Part shown: piece after piece, positions 27,279-39,200 of the stretch | Layout: every line of letters begins with the position of its first letter | Position numbering within the stretch: position 1 is the stretch's first letter | Origin: an uncultured virus (IMG/VR IMGVR_UViG_3300029305_004206) | Taxonomy: Duplodnaviria; Heunggongvirae; Uroviricota; Caudoviricetes | Virus record (IMG/VR): IMGVR_UViG_3300029305_004206 | Length of the DNA: 64,000 nucleotides | Strand: one strand, 5' to 3' | Notes under the pieces: model-generated | What the model saw: the letters and a program-made list of their open reading frames with translations, nothing else | What the model was told of the DNA's origin: nothing | Databases searched by the model: none | Translations under genes and position numbers: made by a program

Positions 27279-30200
27279 ATGGCTAAGAAAAAGAGAAAAT
27301 TTAATTCTGGTAATGCATTTAAGAATTATGTAAAGAACCTTGGTAAGTCTGCTTTAGATCTCGGAAAAGATGTGCTTTTTGAAGATGACCTTATGGGTGG
27401 AATAAAAGAATTAATAGACGAGAATAAAGAATTAGCTGAACAGGGTTTACAAGCATATAAAGATAGAGAAAATATCTTTAAAATGGTTAAAGATACTGTT
27501 AATAAACAGGTATTTTCACAAGTTAAAGACCTCAAGAAGAATGTTTTATCAGATATTAAATCAGGTAGAATCTACAACTCTGAAAGAGCTGATAAGGAGT
27601 TCATGGAAGGTTTCGGTGCTGATGATATATTAGGCGATGACTTCTTTGATGAAATGGACGATTTCGGTGAAGATTTGAAATCTGGTATTAGTGATTCTTT
27701 GGATGACTTTGCAGATGATTTATCAAGCAATTTTAGTTCTACAATGTCTGATTTCAGTAATGATATAGTAAAATCTAATACTAAATCTACATTAGCAGGA
27801 ATTAATGCTGATATCAAGATGCATAAGCAGTCTATGGAAGGAATGTCAGTAGTCAATTCTTCTATCGGTGCTTTAGCTTCATTTAATGAATCAAGAGTTA
27901 GTCCATTTTTAGATAAAGCTATGGAATATTATGATAAATCCATAGAACAGAGAGAACGTACAAATCAACTTCTTGAAGAGATGGTTGGTTTTCAGAAAGA
28001 AACTGAAATAGCTGATACTTCTACTGTTGCTGAAAAAGTTTTAGGAATGTCATATTCTACATTTAATATTAAGGAATATGCTAAAGCTGTAACTCAGACA
28101 ACTTCTAATATCATAGCTGAGACGTTTGGTATTGACTTAGGTGACTCTGGTGGTACTTTTGGTGCTGGTAATATGGTTAAGAATATCGTTAATAACCCTA
28201 TCGGTGTATTAATGAAAGGATTAATAACTAAAGCATTACCTCAGACATTTAAAGATGCTTCTAAAATGTTATCACAGTCAATTACTTCATTCTTCCCATC
28301 ATTAATGCTTAAATTTAATGATATGGCAGATCAGCATTTTGGTACATTAAAGGGTTATATTGGTCAGATATTCGGCATTGATATGAAGGCATCTGCTTCT
28401 GCTAATCTTGGTTTTGAAAAAGGTAAAGTTAATTTTGATGGTATTACAAGAAAGACAATTATAGATGTAATCCCTACATATTTAAGAAAGATTTTGGCTG
28501 CTATTACAAAATCAGATGAAATTGTCTTCGATAGATCATCAGGTAAATTTACCACTATGAGAGCTGCACAGAAAGCTGCAGAAGAATTAGATACTCCATC
28601 TGTATTTGACTATTATGATTCTAAATCAAAAATAGTAGGTCATGCTGAATCATCTTATAATATGACAGCCGAACAATCAAAGAATTTCCAGAAATTAGTA
28701 GATGATGTATTTGAAAATATCTCTAAAAATGTTTCTGGTCTCGTTCATCGTGATATAGACTTTACAAAACTAAAAGGCTTAGATATCACAAAAGCTGAAG
28801 CTGAGATGATGAGTAGAGCTTTCCAAGCATTTAGTAATGAAGATTTTCTAAAATTACAAAGCGAACATGCTGCTTCTAAAAAATCAAGAGCACAAAAAAT
28901 GAAAGACTTCAATGCAAATATTGATGATAGTATTGCTACTCAATATTTAATGGTTGCAGATCTTAATAATCCTGAATATATGAAAAAATTAAGACAATCT
29001 GCTTCTAAGAGAGGTAAATTCTCTGATAGAGATGCTAGTTCTTTCCAATTCTCATCAGGATTAAAAGTAAATGATGATGCTCGTAAAAGACTTGCAAGAC
29101 AAGATGCATTTAGAAGAGCAAAAGCAGAAAATCCTAATCTTAAGGAAGCAGATTTCTATAAGGATTATGATGAAAAACAAAGAGTTTCATCTATGGGAAA
29201 AGGTAAAGGTTCAGAATTTCTTGATAGAGTTGTTGGTGAAGAAGTTAAAGGTTTCTTTGCTAATGCTAAGAAAATTATGTCTAAACCTTTTGATATTCTT
29301 TCTAAACAATTCCAGAAATTTGATAATTTCTTATATAAGATAATCTTTGATTCAGATGTAACCAAAAATGCTAAAGAAAAGATCGGTGGATTATTCAAAG
29401 ATCTTAAACTCAAAATATTTGGCAAAAGGTTAGGCTGGGGAGCTTCTGCAATGGGTTGGGAAGTAAATGGATTACTTTCTGGCACATTTGATATATTCAG
29501 AGATTTTGGTTTAGGTTTTGGTAATTTCTTATTTGGTAAAGGTTATATCAATAGAAAAGGTGAACTTAAAACCAATGATAAACCTTTATTTGGAACTATT
29601 AAAACTAAATTTACTGACCTTTATGGAAAAGCAAAGAATTATCTCTTTGGTGAGAAAGATGAAGACGGAAACGTAACTAAAGATGGATTCTTTACAAGAG
29701 CTAAAGATAAGATGTTTGATTTAGTCGAAAGGACTAAATTATATCTCTTTGGTGAGAAAGATGAAGACGGAAATGTTCTTGATGGAAAAGCAGGTGTAAT
29801 ACCTCAAAAATATCAAGACTTATTTAAGAAATATGCTCCTCATGCTGCCACAGGTGCTGGAATAGGTGCTGTTGCTTCTATATTTTTACCTTTTGGTGGA
29901 ATGATAGGAACATTAGGTGGAGCAGTTGCAGGAACTGTTCTTGAGATGGATAAAGTCAAAGATTGGCTTTGGGGTCCAGAAAATGATGAAGGTAAAAGAG
30001 AAAATGGTGTCCTTACAAGAACCAAGAATAAACTTTATGAACAGATCGGAAGATTAGATAAATATCTATTCGGAGATAATGTAGAAGGTAAACTTGGCAA
30101 ACTTGGCATGACTAAACAGAAGTTCGGTATGGGAACAGGTATAGGTGCTGGATTAGGATTACTTGGCTCATTTATCCTTCCTGGTGGATCTATCCTTGGT

Positions 30201-33200
30201 ACTCTCGTAGGTGCTGCTGCTGGTTTTGCTTCACAAACAGATAAATTTCAAAAATTCTTATTTGGAGATGACCAGGCTGCTGCTGACAGTTGGAGGAAAG
30301 ATGGTTTACTACCCACAGCAAAAGAATTCTTAACTGATAAAGTTCTTAATCCAATAAGAGATTATACAGTTGGTACATTTAGATATGTAAAAGATTTCGT
30401 TAATGCTAAGATGGTAGTTCCATTCAATCTTGCATTTAAACCAATAGCAGTTGAAGCTGGACTTCAAATTAAGAAAACCTTTAAAAATATAACTCAATTT
30501 ACTCAGAACTTATGGCATGGATTTATGGATTCAATGTCAGAGAAGATGGACAATCTTTTCGGTGCTGGTGCAAAGAAATTCATCCTTGCTCCATTAGGAG
30601 AATACTTTAAGGATAGAATAGAAAATCTTGGTTCTATGATATCTAAAGGTATGAAGAAGCCTATGGATAAAATCCAAGATTATGCATCAAGACTTCGTAT
30701 GAAACATCAGGCTCAAGGTAATGATGGTTATATGAGAGGTACTAAATACGGTGATTTAGTAGATGACTGGAGAAACCGTAATGTAAATGATAATTGGAAT
30801 AAGAGAACACAAATGAAGGGTTCTCATGCTGATTATGTTGCTCAAGCAACTGCAGATCGTATAAAGAAACGTGAAGAGTGGTTAGCTAAAAATGGTGGTT
30901 TTAATCCATTTTCTAAAGATTATAAACTTCCAAGAAATAAAAAAGGTGAAGTTCTTTCTGGAGATGAATTAGGAAATACTGCTATTATTGCAAACTTATC
31001 TGAAGATCAAATTGGTGAAGGTATTGCTAAAGAAACTGAATTCGTTTCTGAAGGTCAGATTGCTGAAAGGAGAGCATTAAGACTTAAGCATTTTAAAGGT
31101 CTTTCTAAAGGTAATGCAAATGCTATCAGAGATATATCTAAAGACCCTTCAGCTTCTCGTGGCGAAAGAATATCTGCATTTATCTCAGAAAAAGTATCTT
31201 CTATTGGAAGTACTTTAACTGGTATATACGAGCATATTAAAGTTATTTCAAAAGGAGTTGGAAAATCTTCTCTTGGAATGGACGATGATGCTTTTAAGAA
31301 ATTTGATGATGATACAAATACGTCAATGCAGAATCTTTTAGATGAAGATCGTGGTATAGATAAAGATGAAATCTATAATAAGAATAAGATGGCTATTGCT
31401 AAAGCTATGGAAAAGAAATCTTTCAAAGCAAGAAAAGCAATGCAAGATGCTGGTTATTCTGATGATCAGATACAAGATTTAGCTACACAGCAAAGAAATA
31501 AAAATTATCTTGATGCAACCAGAGAAACAAAAATTGCTGGTGCAAGAAAGGCATATCAAGAAGCAATCGCATCTGGAGATACTAAGAAAGCAGCTGCTAT
31601 TGAAAGTGCAACTAAGAAGAAATATGGTGATGGTATTACATTAGGTGATGCTCATAATGCACTACCAGTTGCTAAGAATCCAGTCGCAAGTGTAGTTTCT
31701 GATGCTAATCAAACTAAAGCTGAACTATCTAAGGGTGGTTTAGATTCATCTGAACAGAAACAACTTGCATTAAGACAAGCTGAGATGGAACAGAAAGAAC
31801 AAGATTCTGAGAATATAGCTAAAACTGCCGAAAATACTTCTTTATTTAAGCAAGTATTTGAAAAAGGTAAGGGTTGGTTGTGGGGATTTGCTTCTAAAGC
31901 ACTCAAATGGGGTGCATTAGTTCTTCCTTTATTAGCTGCTGGAAAGAAAGTTTCAGAAACTATTAAGAATATAATTAATAGTGGTGATAAAGGACAACAG
32001 TTCATGGATGCATTAGGAAATATCCAAACTATTGCAAATGGTAAGGGTGCAAGAATTGCTGAATTAGGATATGATTTAGCAAGAATTCCTATTAATCCAT
32101 TAGTAAATCCTAAATTAAATAAGAAATTTGCTCAAGGTACAGTTAAATTAGCTGGAAGTACCGCAGATCATTTAAAAGGATTTATGGGTAAATCTCCATT
32201 TATAGATGCATTAAAAACATCATTTAATCCTGCAAGTTATACTAAAACAGGTAGAGCTTTAGGTGGAAGTTTTATGGATGATACTGTAAAAGCTTTCACT
32301 GGTGGATTAGCAGATGATGCTATCGGTGCATATGCAGATAAAATGGTTGCTAGACAATTAGGAGAAAAATTAGGTAGTGAAGCTATGAGTGCATATGCTA
32401 CTAAACAGTCTTCTAAATTAGCTTCTCAACTTACATTAAAGAATAAAGCTATTAAAATGGCTGGTGGTGAATTATCTGAAGCAGCTTTGGCTAAGTACTC
32501 ACCAAATTTCTTTGCAAAATCTCTTAACAAGATAGCAAACTCTGGTTTGTTAAATAAATATTTAGGTGGAACTAAATTAGGTTCTAAAGCTATTAGTGAG
32601 ATATCTCAGGCTGCTGCAAAATCAGCAAGTAAAGCAATGGCTAAAGAAGGAACAGAAAGAGTTGGTATGGCATTAGCTACAAAACTCGCTGGTCCATTAG
32701 TTAATGGTGCTTTATTTGGTGTTGATATGGCAAGAGGTTATAATGAAGCAAATCGTATATTTAATTTACCTGCTGATTATGAACCTACTTTTGGCATGAA
32801 AGCATCAGCTGCTGTAGGTAAAGGTATTTCTGAATTATTGCTTGGTTTAGTCAACCCTGGATGGATTTCTGAAAGAATTTATAATGTTATTGGTTCAAAT
32901 GAGGATAAAGAGATCCTTAAGAAACAACAAGAAGCATTAGCATTACAGGCTGGTGTATCTTTAGAAGCATTATATTCTGATGATGCAGAAATCAGTAAAA
33001 TGGCAAAATCACAGTTAAAGGCATATAGTGAGACTGTTAATAAAACAGCATTTACTAAATTAGGTGAATGGTCAAAAACAGATGGTGCTAAGACAATGGG
33101 TACTATCGCAAAGGCTGTTGCTAACTGGAAAATTCCTGGCGTATCTGGTGCTGTGTCATTTGCAGTTGGTGCTGCTGATGGTAAAACAGCAAGACAAGAC

Positions 33201-36200
33201 TTAGGTCTATTAGCAGATGCTTCATTGGGAGTTACTGGTAGAATTGCTGGTGGTTTTGCAAGACAATTAGAAACACTTACATTTGGTGTATTTAAATATT
33301 CAAATACTATTCATGGTATGCATGGTATATTCCTTATGGTTAAGGATGGATTAATTAAAGTCAAAGATGGTATCGTTAATGTATGTAAATGGTTTGGAAA
33401 TCTTCCTGAGAATCTTGCTAATTTAGTAGAAAATTGGGAAAGTGCTATTTCTGGTGCATTATCAGGTACAAGATTTGAAATGTTAACTCAACCTATTATA
33501 TCTGCTATCAATGGTATTAAGAATATCTTTACATTTGCTTATGAATCACTTGAATATGTATTTGGTGGTTTTGCTAAGATGTTAGGTTTAGATAACTTGT
33601 GGAATAAAGCTAAGGCAAGATCAGCACAAGAAGTATCTAAAAATAACCTTGAAGCACTTAAGAACAGAATGTCAACTGAAGTTACATTAGGTTCTAATAA
33701 GATGGCTGGATTTGATATAAATTCTGCTGTCGGTCAAGCAAATAATTTGGATGCTGCACAGAAGGCTAATTTAGCAAACTATGCATCTCAATATACAGAA
33801 GGTGTAGACGTCATATCTGCAAATACATTAGATGCTTCTTATGGATTAACTGCAGAGACAATAAGAAATGTTGTATCTACATCTAAATCATATAATGAAG
33901 CGAATGGAATTACTGATAACTCACAACTCAATATAGATTCTTTATCTTCAGATCAGATTCAAACAGCATATGCTATTGAAGCAGAACGTGCTAAGATGTA
34001 TGAAGCTATAGCACAAGGCGACAATGGTAAAGTTCAAGAATTAGCTGGTTCTGATGTAGGTAAGTTATTAATGGAAAATGATGAAGCCTATAAGAAGTTG
34101 GTTGATTCTTCAGCAGCTATGTTGGGATCAATGGGTGGAGAGAAAGATCCAATGTCTCTTGGCGAGAAAATTGGTAAGGGTGTTGTTGGTGGTGTATTAG
34201 CATTACCTATTGCTAAGATGTTTATACCTATTGGTAAATCATTAATGTCTTCATTTAAACTTTTACTTTCACCTATTAATATCATCTTAAAAACATTTGG
34301 TATTGGAAAGAAAGCTAAAGCTAAGATTGATAATTCTCCTCTTGGACAAGTTAAAAATGCTTTTATTGGTCCTGATGGTGTTGTTCCTACAATGAAGAAA
34401 GTTTTAGAGGAAACTGGAGAAGCACTTATTAATAAGATTGCTAAAATGCAAGGATATGATGATGGTGGTATTACAGGAAACTATAAAAGTTCTCCTGTTA
34501 AAGATGCAACCACTAATAAAGGTCAGTTATTATTAGGTGCAGGATCTTCTAATGGTATGTCTCAGGAAGAATATGAAACAAGAAAGAGATCTATTAAATA
34601 TAATAGAAATCAATCTGCGAAACAGTTACAGGCTGATTGGCAGAATAAGAAAATTTCAGATGAAGTTTATAATAATGAACTTCGTAAAGTCAATGAGCAG
34701 TATAAAAAAGATATGGATGCTCTTTCTAAGAGTGTTGCTAAAGCGACAAATGATGTATCTGACGATATCAAAAAATCAGGAACTACTGTATCAAATTCTG
34801 TAAAAGATGCTGGTAAGAAGATTAAAAAGGGTTCTACTAATGCTAAAACAGATATTGATAAAGGAGCAAATGAAGTTTCTTCTACAACTAAGAAGAAAGG
34901 TCAAACTATCAAAGAAGCATGTACTAATATGAAGAATAAGGTAACACAGGGGGTTAATGATCTTAAAAATAAAGTAACTCAGAGTGCTACTGATCTTAAG
35001 AACAAAGTTAAAAATTCTGGTCATAAGGTTTCTTCAGAAATTAAAGAGTCTGGAACTAAGATTTCTAATTCTGCACAGAAAACATCAGTACAAGTTGATA
35101 ATGCTGGTGATAGAGTATCTAAAGAACTTATCGAACTTGGAACAGACGTTCAAAATGCTGGAACAAAATCAACAGCTCTTATTAATTCTACATCTACTGG
35201 TGGTGGTTCTACAGTTGCAAAGGCTGGACTATTTAGTAAATTAGGTTCAGGAATTAAGAAACTTGCATCTACTAAAGGTGGAAAAGCTGGATTAATAGTT
35301 GGTGGTATAGCTCTCGTTGGTGGTATTACTGCTTCTATCATTAATAAAAAGAAGAAAGCTTCTGATGTTAAGATGTCAGATTTAACAGCTGAAGAAAAGG
35401 CAGCTGCAAAGAGACTTCTTAATTCATTAAATAATGGTGAAATAACTACTGCTGATTTATCTGATGCCGAGATAGCACTTTTACAAGGTTATCAATCTGC
35501 ATTGTCTAAATCTGGTTCGTCTACTATTAGCAAAGTTGCGAATGTTGCTTCTACTGGTGCATTAGGATATACCGCTTCTGGTATTGCTGATGTATATAAT
35601 GCATCTGGAGTTGGCTCTAACGAAGAATTAGCTCAATTAGAGGGTTATTTAAGTGAAGCTGATATAGAAACTGCAACACAATCATCTGGTTCTGGAATTG
35701 GTTCTACATTATTAAATGTAGGTACAACTGCTGTTCCTTTATTAATGATGGGAACAACTGGAGATAAAATTAAGGGCGGACTTAAGAAAGGACTAAAGGC
35801 TGTTACTGGTAAATTTGGTAAGAAAGCTGCATCTAATGTTGCTAAAAAGACAGTTACAAAAACTGCTGGTAAAGGTTTATTATCTAAAATTGGCGGTTTA
35901 TTTGCTAAGAAAGGTGCAACTAAAGCTGTTACATCTGGAGTTGCTAAAGGTGCTGGTAGTGTTGCAGCAAAAGCTGGATTAGGTGGAGCTTTGAAGGGTG
36001 TATTAGGTGTTGCATCAAAAGCTGCTCCTTGGGCAGCATTAGCTTATGGTGGTTATAAAGCCATTAAAGGTGCTGTAAAAGCTAATGATACATTCGGTGT
36101 TGGTGAAGACTTTAAAACTACTGGTGGTATGAGAGCTGCATCTGCAGTTACAAATTTAATACCATTCCTTAGTGACAAAAATAAATCTAAAGTATCAACA

Positions 36201-39200
36201 TGGTTATATTCTACATTTGGTGGAGATAAGAAGAATGTTGAGAAGATTAAAGCAGCTCAATCAGGATATTCAGATGCTGAAGCATCAGAGTATGTTGAAA
36301 ATATGGATCGTTTAGAAACTGAACAGACTAAAAAGACATTCGAACTTCAGGCTAAAATGCAAGAAGTTATGAACGAGAGAACTTTATCATCTATGGATGA
36401 TATCAAACAACTTGATTCAATGAAACAAATGGATGATGAAACTCGCAATATGTTATTAGAAGTTTCTAAAGGTACTGTAAATGAAGCAGTTACTACTGCT
36501 TGGGTTACTGCAAGTAATAATGCTATGACTGAATTTAAGAAAGCTTTAGGACTTGACACCAAGACAAATATTTGGAATGGTCTCAAATCTACTCTTAAAG
36601 CAGGAGCAGCTGGAGCTGGTACTGGTGCTTTAATAGGTGCTAAATTCGGTGGTGCTGGCGGTGCATGGATAGGTGCTGGAATTGGTGCTGGTGTTGGTGT
36701 TATCGCTAATGTATGGCAAAAAATGAATAAAGCAACTGCTGTTGATGATAGAGTTGCTACTGTTGTTTCTGAAGTATCTATTAAATTAATGGATGCTTGG
36801 ATTGAGAAATTCAGATGGGTTTCTGGTGGTTCTTTTGAAGGTAAAGATTATGGTGAAGGATGGGTTAAGAAAATTATTACTGATGATCCTAACTTCCTTT
36901 CAAGTTCTAAAATTCCTGATACTCTTAAAAAGGTATCTCAAGAAGGAATGGGAGAAACTATTAGTCTTTTATGGAAAGAATCCAATAAGATTGCTGCTCA
37001 AGGTTTTAAAGAAGCAATTCAGAATGAAACACAATCTGAATGGTGGGATAAAGTATTACATTCTCCTATTACTAAAGGTATTCTCACAGTTGGTGGTGGA
37101 CTTTTAGGTGGAGTTACTGGTGCATCATTGACATATATGTTATTAGATGCTACTGATAAGAGAGGAAATCTTATTGAAGGTATCGCTGAAACAGCACAAC
37201 CTATAATTGCTTCTATTTCGGCACAGTTATCTGGTGCATGGATGGATAAATTTAGATGGATTGCTGGTGGAGATGGTTACGGAGAAGGATGGGTTCATAA
37301 GCTTATAACATCTGATGACAACTTCTTATCAGGTTCATCAATACCAGATGATCTTAAGAAGATTTCTCAAGAATCTATGGGCAAATCCATAAGCAGATTA
37401 TGGAAAGAATCTAATAAAATAGCAGAAGAAGGCTTTAAAGAAGCAATTCAGAATGAAACACAAACTGAATGGTGGGATAAAGTATTACATTCTCCTATTA
37501 CTAAAGGTATTCTCACAGTTGGTGCAACATTACTTGGTGGTTCATTAGGTGGAGCTACTGCTGCTTACTTACTTGATGCTACTGATAAAAGAGGTTCATT
37601 AGTTGAAGGTATTAAAGAAACCGCACAACCTGTTATATCAAGTATTTCTGCACAGTTGTCTGCTGCATGGATGGATAAATTCCAGTGGATTGCTGGTGGA
37701 GATGGATATGGTAATGGTTGGGTTAAACAACTTATCACTGATGATACTTCATTCTTATCGGGAACTTCATTACCAGATGACCTTAAGAAACTTTCACAAG
37801 AATCTATGTCATCTGCAGTTACTCGTATGTGGAAAGAATCTAACCTTATAGCTAAAGAAGGATTTACAGAAGCTATTCAGAATGAAACACAATCTGAATG
37901 GTGGGATAAAGTATTACATTCTCCTATTACTAAAGGAATCTTATCATTTAGTGCAGGTGCATTAACTACTGTTGCTACTGGAGGAAATGCCGTTGCAGGT
38001 GCTATGGTTGCAACTACTGCACAATCATTATTAGATGCTACTGATAGAAGAGGTTCTTTAGTTGAAGGTATTAAAGAAACTGCACAACCTATAATTGGAA
38101 GTGTCGTTGCTCAATTATCTGCTGCATGGATGGATAAATTCCAGTGGATTGCTGGTGGAGATGGATATGGTAATGGATGGGTTGGAAAACTCATAACAGA
38201 AGACCCCTCATTCTTAAAAGATTCACAGAAAGGCTTAGTTGATACGTCTAAATCTGCTATGTCAGAAGTAGTAAAGAAGATGTGGAAAGAATCTAATGAT
38301 ATCACTAAACGTGCGTTTAATGAAGCATTAGAAGACGAAACTGGTGGAACTTGGTGGGATAAAGTTTGTGCTTGGTTTGGCGGACTTGACGGAGACCATT
38401 CTGATAATGCAAATGCTACTTCCCAATTAATCACTGATATTCAAAATGACATTCAGCCTATTATTGGCTCAATTACTGACCAAATAAAAGATGCATGGAT
38501 TAATAAGTTCAAATGGATTGCTGGAGGAACTGAATATAGAAGACGTGGTGGAGATATCTCATATGGAGATGGTTGGGTTAAACAACTTATCACTAATGAT
38601 ACATCATTCTTATCAGGTTCTCAAGAAGGATTTATTAAATCTGCTAAAGACAGTATGTCAACTGCTCTAACCAAAGCTTTAAATATTTCTCATAATATTA
38701 ATAATAAGATTTGGGGTAGTGTATTTGCTACTGTTGCATCTAAAGAAGGATTAGGTAATTATGCTACTGACGTTGTTAATCTTGGTATGGGTGATGGAAA
38801 TTACTATTATCCATTAACTGAAGAACAACAGACTGCAAATAGTGACTCAATTCAGGCTGCTGAATCTATCGTTAAAGCTATTAAAGGACTCTGGGCAACT
38901 AAATTACTTCAGATGAGCAATGTTATTAATGCAGGTACTGCTGGATCTGATGCTTTCTCATCTTCAGATGTAGAAAATGCATTTAGTTCTATTAGTACTG
39001 AAGTTAATGACTTAAGTGACTTTATGTCATCTTCATCTGTAGATATAGATAATGCAAAAACATTATCATCACACTTCCAGTTTACTGATAATGGTGGAAA
39101 GTATGGTGGATTCAAGAAGTTCATATTCTTTACAAAGAGAATTGCAACTATGGCTCCTGTTATTGCTAAAATAACATCTGATGAAATTAAAGATGATTAT

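Noticed and set aside
36780..38620. Diversity-generating retroelement template/variable repeats or CRISPR array
   Set aside because: Repeats are in-frame protein repeats with mostly synonymous differences; no reverse transcriptase, cas gene or spacer pattern in the window
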